Below are positions 26,386 to 52,203 of a stretch of DNA of 64,000 nt, piece by piece. Position 1 is the stretch's first letter; each line of letters opens with the position of its first letter. The stretch comes from Chrysomallon squamiferum (lineage: Eukaryota; Animalia; Mollusca). Location of the stretch: NCBI GenBank assembly GCA_012295275.1, contig CM022679.1:28210001-28274000 (forward strand). The letters are read 5' to 3'. A model generated the notes under the pieces. It ran no database searches. It had not been told where the DNA came from and saw only the letters and a list, made by a program, of their open reading frames with translations. The position numbers and the translations under genes were made by a program.

Positions 26386-28832
26386 TAAATAATAAAAAAA
26401 TAAATAATACTTTAATAGAAAGAATTGAAAAAAAAAAAAAAAAAAAAAAAAATTAAAACCTGTGAACTTGACAAATTAGTTGCTACTGGTTCTTCATATA
26501 AACTTGACAGTTCATACGAACTTGATAATATTCCTAAGAAAAAACCCACAGGAATATGCTTAGCTCTACAGCATAGGCCGGTGAAGTGAACCATAACATG
26601 ATCAGTGCTGATTTCAGCATCAGTATTCAGATTAACAGACATAACAATTAATGGGTAGTTGTTTTTAGTCAGGTGCATGGAGAAAGATTGTAATGGACAT
26701 GGAATTTTGATTGTGTACATATTTTGTATTTTGTAAAAGTAAGAGCATATTATTATTTTTAATCCAGCAAAACATACGTTATTTTTTAGTTTTATACACT
26801 GTATCTGTAAACAGAAACTCATACACAATTTGTTTCTTTACAGGTTTATCATTTTGGACTATGCTTATTTTCCAAAATGGCCCCTAGAACAACCATTACA
26901 TTCATTTCACATTACTACGAAAACTAAAATTGAAGTCTTCATTTTTAATTTGCAGCAAAATTACCAAATACACTGGAGACTGAAGTCAACTGAGTGTGTC
27001 TGAAATCAAAACCAGCCAGTGAAAAAAATAAAATAAAATAAAATAAAAAAAGAGAGCATAGCCTAGTTTGTTATCCTCTTTAAATTTAAATTAAGAAGTT
27101 AATTATTTGCTAGGATTTAGTGGGTGTAAGCAGTATACTATCTACATCTAGTTTAACAACAAATAAATGAAAAAAAAAAACCTCATGCCTAACACATTCA
27201 GATATCTGCCTATTTTTTGCCATGAAAGCAATACCATCACCATGTCACTGCATTTAAACTTCATTGTGAAGCCATTTTATGCTTCTTTTTTTTTACACTT
27301 TTTAACCACTGATATATACATTCTGTATAAACATATAAAAAAATGTACACTGATGAGAAACAAAACAACAACTGAATAGTTCCCGAATAGTTTTAATATA
27401 ATACAAAAACCACAGTATAGACCTTCCATTCTGGGTTACTGAAAAAGAAGAAATGAAAATTAATTATATTTGTACCAGTGTAGTTTAGCATACACAAAAT
27501 ATTTAAAATTATCAATTTAAAAAGAGAATAAGATAAATATATAACAGATGATTGTTGAAGACATTTTGGATTAAATATTTTACAATGATAGTTAAAAAGA
27601 AATAATGAAAAAAAAAACAAGTGATTAAATTAAAACCATTAGAAGATTCAGAAAAATAAAAAGTTTAAATTTTAATCTGTTCATAAACACAACTAAGAAA
27701 AATTATTACAAATTTTATAAATATCTAAATGTGTACAATTCAAATATTCAGAATTTGACTAGATACATACATAACACAAATAAAATAGACAAATATTCAC
27801 AATATTAAAATAATATATTACAATTAATTTGTTAATATTAACCATAAAAAATAAACAAGTTAGCAAGCCATTTTTTGCAAAAACAGATTCTTAACAACAG
27901 AACAACTGTTAAATGAACAATATTAATATAAAGGCCTTCATAAAAATCCATGATTCACATTAATCTTTAAACTTTGTTGGTTTTCACTAATGTCATTTTG
28001 ATATACAACATTTCTTTTTTTCTAAATGAATTAATGATGAATCAGTTGAAAATTATAATGATTTAAGAGAACATTCAAGAGAATACGTCTGAAACATTAT
28101 TAATCTGTTCTTGATGAAATCAGTAATTACACTGTTTCTTCAAATTCTCTACTATTTGAAACTGCAAATACCTGATATATTAAAAATTTCAAAGGTATTA
28201 TTAACTCCAGATTAATGATTTTAAATCTGTAAGTGATAAATGATACAATATCTGAAGAGAAGTTTACTAGCATACATTTCTTATTCTGGCCTATATGAAA
28301 CAAACAGTTTAGGGCTATTCAAGACATAACACTTCTAACATTCTCTTGTGATAGCTGAGAATAATATATTCAGTATCAAAATGTGAATTATTAAACAGTG
28401 AAATAAGGTTTATCATTTACTTTTAAAATATTTGAAAATGTCAAATGATACAAGAACTTCACAATATATAATTTTATGTTATACAAAACAAACTTTACAT
28501 TACACCGAAGACAATAATGTTACAAACTTTTTTCTTTAGAATTTTTATCCAGAAGGAAAAAGAATTAAAACAAACTGCTTTTAAAAATTCAATTTAAATT
28601 ATATTATTATTCCACACAAAAAATAAGTCTGCTCTTGAACAGCCCTGGGATGTTATAAAATGCGTTAAAGAAACGAAGGAAAACACACAGATAGTAATCA
28701 CACACAACTGAAAGACAGGAAGAACACAAAACAGATGTAACACACTAAACTAGCCAAACGTTCAGGTTTGTGAACAAAACAACAACAACAACAGTTGTGT
28801 GAATTGAGTGGACCTGGCATTATTGAGAATAC

Positions 28833-28855
28833 CTTTTAAAACAGACTCTTCAGCG
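28833..28855 (-). other. Candidate 23-nt stop-containing RPS24 exon (R*)
   Basis: gttttctatttatccaacag|CGC TGA AGAGTCTGTTTTAAAAG|gtattc: strong acceptor, in-frame stop, then a donor. Confidence 0.55.
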
Positions 28856-29168
28856 CTGTTGGATAAATAGAAAACAAACTAATAATGGCTTACCACACAG
28901 TGGGGGTTTACAAAACAATAGTTTTAACATCAGCATAACAGATTTTTAAAAACAATCTTAACACTGGGACATTTGAGGAATTTGACCCTTAAAGTACAAA
29001 ACAAATAATTAGAGTAACAAAGAAATTCTTGATACTGTTAAGATGTCTAAGCAGGAAGAAGACATACAAATAAAAAATGTACTTAAAATCCTTATTAATA
29101 ATAGAGTATTTAAAGAAAATGGTCTCTCCTGAATTCTTCAACTTGAAAATGTAATAAATTAGTTTTAC

Positions 29169-31740
29169 CTTTTTGTCTTTGCCTGCTCCAACTTTAGCTT
29201 TAGCTGTTCCTCTAACCTTCTTCTGTCTGTTTTTCCTCTCTTTCCTCTGTTTCCTACCAGGCTTAGCTATTTTTTCAAACAGTCCTTGCTGTTAGGAGAG
29301 GAAAACTCGTTAGGCATGGCCAAAATCAAAATACCGATTTGTACATAATTTATACATGGGTACATGAATGAATAAATAGAATCTGAGTGTTAAGCATACA
29401 ATGATTTTATTTAAATTATGATTAGAAAACTTGAAATATCTTCCATCACCTTTTGTACGTGATGATGTATCATGATGGCTGGCCTTGTCTAAATAAAATT
29501 AATCAGTGACCTAAAAACTCTATCTTTTAAAATCTTAGTCTTTCTTCTATAAAGAGAATGAAATTATTTTATCATTAACTGCTCCAAGTTTTACCTTTCT
29601 TCTTCATCCTCTTAAAAATAAGAAAGATGGTATATTGGGGAACAAAGTGGAATTATAACAAACCAAAGTGATTACGATGATGAAATTATGCATTAATTTA
29701 TTATACAAGAAGAAGCTGAAATTATGAAAAAATGTATATATATAAAACAAGAAATCTGTATACTGTTGACCCTTGATTTTTGGGAAATCCAGACAAAATC
29801 TGGAAATATCACAATTTGAACGTAATGCCACTTCCCACTTGAAACCATATAGGTACTACAATCAGGCCAACCCTCTTATGAACCACTTTTCATCAATGTA
29901 AATTTTACAGCTGCATCCATAACCATCAAAACCTAACATACTTCCATCCAACCCAGTCTACATTTTTTCTACTGTACATTTTTATTCACATGTGCTGTAT
30001 GACATTTTTAACATTGTTTTATGCCTGTTGTTTTTATATTACTATGAAGCTGTTATGTGTTTAATGTTTTGGTAAATTTTAGGCTTAATATTTATATTCA
30101 GGATTTCCTTGACTTTTGTATTTTCCAGACCAATGCTCCCCCTGCTCCGAAGTCCATAGAATCGAGGGTCAACAGTATATTGTTTGGATAAAAAGACGTC
30201 TTACTCTTGATAATCTGTACTTTGGTTCAAATTTCTTAGCAAAGTCCAAATTGTCATAAATAAGGCCAAAACCTGTGGTCTTTCCACCTCCAAACTGCGT
30301 ACGGAATCCAAAGCAAACAACAACATCGGGTGTAGTTTTGTACATTCTAGCAAGCTTCTCACGAATTTCAGTCTTGGGAACCGTTGCCCGACCAGGATGC
30401 AGGACATCAACAACCTGCATTAAAAAAAAAAAAACTCAGTGATAAATAAATTTAATATTCACAGATAAAAAATCTGTTTTCCTATACACCCTCACAAGCC
30501 TGTCTGAACTCCATGTATCTTGACCCATATCAATGTCTGCTGAAGCTGTACTTTCATGAACAAATATGTTACACATTTACAAAAAATAATTAAGAAAGTG
30601 CATTCAAAAAGCTGTTCAAAATTCTGCCTTACCATCTGCCTCCTGCAAAGCAAGCGGTTGGTCATAAATTTCCGTGTTCGGATAGTGGCCGCACCTTCAC
30701 TCTGAAATAAAACTACCTTTTTAGTAAAAGCAACATTCTGCCAATCTTTAACAATAACATACAGATATACCAAAGCTCTAAACATTACAAATACTCATAT
30801 GATATATAATTATGTATGCAAACAGCTATGATAAAATGTAATTTAGGTATAGACAAAAAATATGAACTGTTTATAATACAGAACCTAGGATACTTCCTAA
30901 ATGTTTACTATTAGAAAACTGCAGTTCAGATGTAGAATACTGACTAAATCACTTTTCCTTAAAACTATACACCATCTGTTGTTCAATCATGAAGGGAAAA
31001 TGTCACATACACTTTTAACTTGAAGCACTGTTTGGTATGCATGTTTCAACATTATTTTCATTTCTGTAGGTTAACAGCAAGACATTAAATCAATAATGAC
31101 ACTTTAACAAATTTTGATAAAATTAAGTTGTTTTTAAGTTGGAGACCGACAGTTAAATAGCTTCAAATGTGTATTATCATTATGTATATCATTTGTATGT
31201 ACACACATACGTGGACCAACTAATGATTATGGTATCAAAGTGAATCCAAATTTTGAAGAAAATTCATTGCATACCTAGGTTTAATAATTATGTAGAATTC
31301 TGTAAACTAATTTATTAATTGGTTATTTATAAATTTAACATGATAGAGAATGAGACATAATTGTGATCACCGACACCGGCAAAGAATGAATAATTACCGC
31401 TATGTGCCTATTCTAGAACTGAACAATTGTTTCTGTCTAAACTCCTCAATATTCACATTTGTAAGGAACATACTTAAATCATGTAACACTAATGTAATAC
31501 TGATGGTAAGGTGCTATATATGATGCCAAATTTCATCTATTTCATTATTTGAAAAATAACCCCATCAACCTGTTAAATTATCAACGCATAAAAGTTATAA
31601 TTAAATAATGTTAGAAATTAAATATTTGTATTTGTTTGTGCGCGACAAATTCTTATTTTGTTAAATTAAATAAAAATAGCTGATCGCTTGTTATATTGTG
31701 TAGATTTCTGCTGATAAAGATTAATAAGTGCTAATACCAT
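29169..31740 (-). CDS. RPS24: 40S ribosomal protein S24 (eS24), core exons 1-4; the stop lies in a downstream exon
   Basis: Exons 31738-31740 (ATG|gtatta), 30633-30701 ([23 protein letters not shown]), 30205-30414 ([14 protein letters not shown]...[19 protein letters not shown]...) and 29169-29288 ([40 protein letters not shown]|gtaaaa). 134 aa, with an intron layout like vertebrate RPS24. Confidence 0.98.
29763..30175. mobile_element. MITE, Tc1/mariner-pogo-like (TA target duplication), in RPS24 intron 3
   Basis: TA|CTGTTGACCCTTGATT ... AATCGAGGGTCAACAG|TA: 16-bp TIR with 1 mismatch, TA at 29761-29762 and 30176-30177. 413 bp, with no credible coding sequence. Confidence 0.75.
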
Positions 31741-31759
31741 TTTGTTATTGGTTTGGTCG

Positions 31760-31800
31760 ACCGGAAAAAGGAAGATAGGAAGCCGTGGTCCCGGAAGTGA
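31760..31800 (-). promoter_or_regulatory. RPS24 TCT/5'TOP initiator with ETS/GABP site
   Basis: Minus strand reads CACTTCCGG...CTTCCTATCTTCCTTTTTCCGG about 25-40 nt upstream of the ATG. CCGGAAGTG at 31791-31799. This is typical of ribosomal-protein promoters. Confidence 0.8.
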
Positions 31801-33305
31801 TAGAAAAATCTGAAGTACAGCAATAGCCGTCTTTTAATATTTATTTGATATTCATTTGGAAATCGTTTTCTGATTAATTAATTACATTTAATTTACATAA
31901 GTCGAATTTAATGGAAAATAATTGTATTAATATAATATGTATTTAGCATATATCATGAAATAACATCAAAGGAAGATAAACTTAATTTAAAGACGTAATA
32001 TGTGCTGTTGTAACTTTGCACATTTTCCATGAATTTAGAGAAAGAAAATTTTATAAAACAATAGGCTTGTCCTAATTGTTTTATGCTCCATCTCATCTTT
32101 TGCATTATAAAACTAGTGCATCTGAATTACTACTGCCTCATTTCTTTTTTAAATGACAAACATTATCACATTTCAATAACCACATACGCCTAAATAATTA
32201 AAAACGCTGAACCCACGCCATCACAAAAACAAACAAAAAACACCCTCTTTATGAATAAAATAACTAACCTAATAACTAAAATGAAAAAAAAAAAAAAAAA
32301 AAAAAAATAATAATAATATAAGAAAAAATAAAATGTAAAACAACGTAAAGATTCCAAGTCTTAATCTTAATGTAGTTTCTTCCAAAGTTTACAGAGACCC
32401 TTCCTTTCGACCCTGTTGCTGTTCTTCCCGGTAACTGCATGAATGATTGGCAATAGAATGTTTTGAAACAGAAACTAGATTAGTGTATGATTCACTTATT
32501 GTTGTATGTTAAAAGTGTCTCGTTCATACTTGGATTTTAGTATGTAAGGGAACCTAGATGTGGTCACATTTGATGGCATCGTAAACTTACTTTATTTTGT
32601 TGTAAGGAAAACTGACAGTCGCGCATTCAGGTACACTAAAAAGCAAAGAAGATTAAATCATTAATTTTTTTTTTTTCAGGAATTCACGACATGTAAACAA
32701 AATTATTATCTTGTATTTCATACTCGAGCATTATACCCATTTAAATTGTTTATCCATTTCAGAAATGGTTTATAATAAATTATTGAAGATATTTATCCTC
32801 AGTGTTTTATTTCACTTTATACAATTCAACCCTAAATGAAAATATTTTTAATTAAAAATAATAATAATAATAATAAAAACAAAAATTCATGATAAGAAAT
32901 TGAAACTTTCTGACTTTATTTTCTTTTTCCTGCTTTAAATTTGCGTTCAGAAAATAACAAAAACATATAAGTAGGACCATAGTGTTTTCAGCTTAAATGG
33001 AAAACAAGCGAAAAAAGAAGAAAGTAAATAAACAAGAATGTTTATTTGCACATTTTTACATTAAACATCTTAAACTATTGGTTATTTTGTTGTGATCTGA
33101 AGTTCAGTTGATAGGTGTTAATCATCTGTGTTTATCAACATAATTAAATAAAAAACATCCTCACATTTTTACATTATTTCTTCTTAGATTCCATGTTCAG
33201 ATATTGCTGTTACACCCAGCAGAATTTGCTATAATTTGAAACTACATTATTCACTGATTGTGAGAAAAATTGAAACTTTTTCTTTTTATTTTAGGATGTC
33301 AGATA

Positions 33306-47337
<14,032 letters not shown>

Positions 47338-48755
47338 ACTGTTTTTTTATTGACCCCCAGAAAAGGTGAATGTGTATATCTGAATAATTAAAAAATAAAA
47401 ACAATAAAACTTTAAGACATTCAACCAATTCAGAACAAAAAAAAAAAAGATTTCAAGGAAAAGTGTTGATGTTACTCTTGATAAGCAACAAAGAATCAAG
47501 TTATCTGATTATATCAGGAAAACATAAGCATCTGTCAAAATGTGATGGTGGTACTGTAAGTTGGACTGTGGATGTCCTGCAAACTTATTCAAATCATACG
47601 GTGGATATGTTGCAAATTGATACAAGTCAGATAGTGAATATCCTACAAATAGATACAAGTCAGAAAATGAATAAGTCTATTATTTTAATACCATTCCAAA
47701 GTCAGCTTATTGATATTAGTTTTGAATGACTTGCTCATACTGTTATGGATTATTGTTCAAACTGTTTAATATTTAAAATGTTTGCTTAATGCTTAAATGT
47801 TTTATCTAATAATCAATAAAGAAAATTGTACTACACAATTTTCATAAGGAAAATGTACTGTCAAATGTGTGTGCAGATGAACATGACAGCAAAACTTGTT
47901 TTTTTTGTATTCCTTTTTAAAAATGATTTATTGTTTTTACATATAGACACACACACACACACACTTAAGTTACTGTTTCCCATTATGTGAATGATACAAG
48001 GATTTGCTTATTTTTGAAGGTGGCTTGGGACAGTTGTAGTGTACTTCATGTATGTAGAGAATGGTGTGTGCGAGAGAGAGAGAGAAGATTTGATTAAAAA
48101 GTGAAGTGACTAAGCTGGTGAAACTTTTTCAATAAATGTGAATTTAATGAACAGAAATTTACATTTAATTAAAATAAGCTTCATTTATTTTCTTTTTAAC
48201 TTTTCTTGCTGATGAGGCCATTCATTTTGATGTAAATGGTAATCATGATTCCCTGGCTGGAATTTGATGCTAACAAATGTTACCAGTTCAAGCTGGTACG
48301 GTAAAGATTACCGTTCACACATTAACCAAAATTAAATTAGCTTTAATAATACATTTTAAAATACTAAATCAATTATTTTTATTTCTTCTGATGAAGATCC
48401 AATAAATATATGCCAAACATGTAATCATTTTGTGATTTATGAAAGGATGGAAATGATTTTTGTCTTCTGCTTCTATGAATAAGGTTCAAGATAAATATAT
48501 CAGAAAGTTTTTATTAATTAACTTGAGGAAAACTGATTTTATTAGTGGATATTTATTAAAGAAATATTGGTATAATTATTTTTTTGTGGCATAATTTAAA
48601 GAAATTATATTATTTTGAAATAAAACGATTTTTGGTCATGTCTGTCACGAATATGCTGGCATTGTAAGAATTATCTGTGTACAGTTGGGATCAATGTCTA
48701 AATTTCACAAAATGCCATAATTTTGTCAGTTTCTAAGGGTTTCATTTATTTATTA

Positions 48756-48790
<35 letters not shown>

Positions 48791-50451
48791 GATATTTGAG
48801 TTACTGTCTGTTTCTTACCTGGTAATTTCTGAATAGTTAGTATGTGTATGCTTCAGTATTTCTGTTACTGCATCAACTTGCATTTTTATTTTCAGTTAAA
48901 GATTTTTCATGGATTTGTTTTTCATCTTCTGTTTTCTGTTTTCTGTTATACAGTTTGATCTATATGAATACAATTAATTAATTTTTGTAACAGAATGAAA
49001 CTGCTTTACAATTTTCTATATAAAAGTGATCTCTCTATAAAAGTTTTGTTTTTTTTGCAGATAAAACATTTATGGCCACTTCTTGTACTATACAGATGAA
49101 TTTACTTCAAATGTATTTCATCAATTTGTAGAATAATAGTTTATATATATATTTTGAAATAAAATGCCAATTTCTCCAAGTAAGATAATTTATAATAAAA
49201 ATAAACAACTATAAACAGGAGATAACAAAAATATTATTACATGAAGAGAAGTACGAGTTCTAGACAAAAAGTAAAATTATGTAATTTCAGAAATTCTGAA
49301 ATATTTTATGAAATTATATTTTCTTTACTTTATCAGTTCATCAAAACTTTTCTATGATGAATACAAGTCCTATAAAGATTTTGTGTAACAGTGCTGATGT
49401 TATATTTAGCAAACAACTATTGCCAAATAAAAGTAACGAGGAAGTAATCAAAGATAAATATTTAATGCCAGAATAGAAAATATTTTTAAAAATTAAAAAT
49501 TGAACAGAATTTTTTTTTTTTATCTCTTAGACAACAGTAGTATCTGACTGAACTGAAAAAATAACAAAAATGATATCATCTGTAAAACAAAAATGAAATA
49601 TATTAATGTTTTTATTTCTTAAAAATAAAATTTCTCATACTCCACAGTGACAGATAACATCAGTGTGTAATTCAGTAATAACAGTAAAGAGAGAAAACAA
49701 GAACAACCATACAACTGAATCCTGGTATCTGTTACTAACATGAAATCTGTTAAATGAACTCGTTCATTTACAGTGTCTTAGCCCATTAATCGCAGGAGAA
49801 ATTATTCATTTTCCAAATGTAGACAGAATCAATTTATGATTTAAGAAATGAAATATATAAATGTAAATAAAACAAAATAAATATCACAAAGACTTTTATA
49901 TCATTGCAACTTCATCAGATTTTAAATAATAAATGATATACATTTTGTTATCAAAAATATTTTTCAAACTAATATGCTAGCCCCAGTGGTCCACACGGTG
50001 TAAAATAAAAATGTATTGATAAATGTGGTGTAGGTTTAACAACAGATGAGTGACACAACATCACCTGTTGGCTTACTGATAACAATAAATCATTTTTGTT
50101 AAAGGTTGGAAAACAAAAACTGCAATAATGACAGCTTTACAAGAAATACAGTTAAATCAGCTTTAAACTGCAAATGAATTGATAAGTTTTTCATAAAAAG
50201 AGTAAAATATACTGTAGTATCATATATATGTAAATATTATTATGCTGAATACTTAAAACAATTTAAAGATATTTTTGTTATGGTCCATACAGTAAACAGG
50301 TGTAAATATTATAATGCTGAATATTTAGAACATTTTTAAAGACATATTTTTGTTATGTGAATTTCTATCAGCAAACAAACAACAATGGCTTCTTTTTCTC
50401 AAACATGCTTTATCACAGTGAGAACAAATGAAACACATGAGTGTGAAACTG

Positions 50452-50894
50452 TTAGAAGAAATTTTTAATAATTTTTGTCACAAGTTTTGCCCACAGAGGC
50501 ACATGTCTGTCTCGTCTCTGGAAGAGGTCACCTGTAACAGGAACAGAGGACTGGTAGAGTCTCGCATGCTCCTGAAAGTAATTTATTTTTAAAAAGTTTA
50601 TATTCATCAGACTACACACTGTTTTTAATACTCTAGAAAAACAACAAAAAACAATAAACAAACAAACAAACAAAATAAATAATACATACAAAACAGTCTT
50701 ATTAAATTTCAAAAAATACTATTTATAATAGAGATAGTAAAGTGAGAAATTTTCAAAGTCAAATTTAAGACTAACCTCTCTGAGTTGTTGTGCAAGTTGT
50801 CTGTTCTCTGTAACCACAGCTAACTGACACTCCAAGTCTCTGTATACAGATCTATAACCTGAAACATTAAAAATGAACTATTAACACACACAGA

Positions 50895-50942
<48 letters not shown>

Positions 50943-51001
50943 AGTCTCTGTATACAGACCTATAACCTGAAACATTAAAAATAAACTATTAACACACACA
51001 G

Positions 51002-51045
<44 letters not shown>

Positions 51046-52161
51046 CTGACACTACAAGTCTCTGTATATAGACCTGTAACCTGAAACATTAAAAACAAAC
51101 TATTAATATAACACACAACCACACACAACATAAACTATTAATATAATGCATACACACACACATTCAAACTCTCTGTTGTAACATTTTTTAAATCATTTTT
51201 TCACAAATTCAACAATTTGTCTTGTATGTGAAATATTCTCACCAAAGTTTGTTGAGCCTATCAGAGTCATACTTGGAAGACTGTTATTAGGTAAATAGTA
51301 CCACAAGCCTTTGACATGAAATGTCCATTTGTCTCGGAAATATTCAAACAGCTGAATCCTCTTCAGCTCATGGTACTTTGTGATCTTCTGATAGAATTGG
51401 CGAGCTACGTAAATATAAACGTGTGGGATGTAGCCTGCTATGCCACGAGCACCAAAAAACCCATTCACCTGTGAAAACATTACACATAAATGTTTAGTAG
51501 CAAATGTTTTGAAAGCAAATACTGGATAGCTTTCTTTTAATAGTTTAAAGGTTATGAAAGGAAATACTAATCTGTTAAAAAGTCAATAAAATAAAATAGC
51601 TCCTCCCTTCTGTGAAAATAAAATGTAGAAATAATTAACAAAAATACAATAATAATTAAATTAAACAGACAAATTCTAAGAAAAAAAATCAGAAAAAATA
51701 AAATTAAATAAATAAAAACATATATTAAAAGTAAAATAGAAAAAAAAAATCTCATTGTACCTCTGGTGATGCCATAAGAATTCTGTACTTTGCAGATGAC
51801 TGGTCCAGTATAATATTCATGTAATGTTCTGTGAGATTGAAATATCCTGAAGATAAAAGAATCACATCTGTTGCTGCTGCATTCTTTAACAATGTCATGG
51901 TCACAAACTCATCATGTGATATTCCTAAAGGTCCCATCTGTATTAGAGGATAGATGCAAGTATCGTAATCAGAACTGTTTTTTGCTCTGTCACCTTCAGA
52001 TTTTTCTTCTGGAGGGAGGGAATCGTCAAACAAATCTCTGTTTAAAACATTTTGTTTGTCAGATTGAGAGAGTTTGTACGAGCTAATCACATCCTGAATC
52101 TTCTGTCGAGCTGCCCATTTGAATCGTGATCCATCATCACTGTCTGTGAGATAATAGTAAA

Positions 52162-52203
<42 letters not shown>

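Noticed and set aside
31358-31500. Possible H/ACA snoRNA in RPS24 intron 1 (minus-strand hairpins, ANANNA, ACA+3)
   Set aside because: The lower stem and pocket geometry are poor and I could not assign an rRNA target. It would need an Infernal/snoReport hit.
47463-47729. 88-aa ORF after the PARG stop (possible readthrough or extra gene)
   Set aside because: GTG start, partly a 33-bp duplication, stops between it and the PARG TAG, and no recognisable domain.
48208-48425. CTGATGA motifs resembling hammerhead ribozyme cores (48209, 48388)
   Set aside because: No correctly placed GAAA after stem II and no closing stems I/III; at best decayed remnants.
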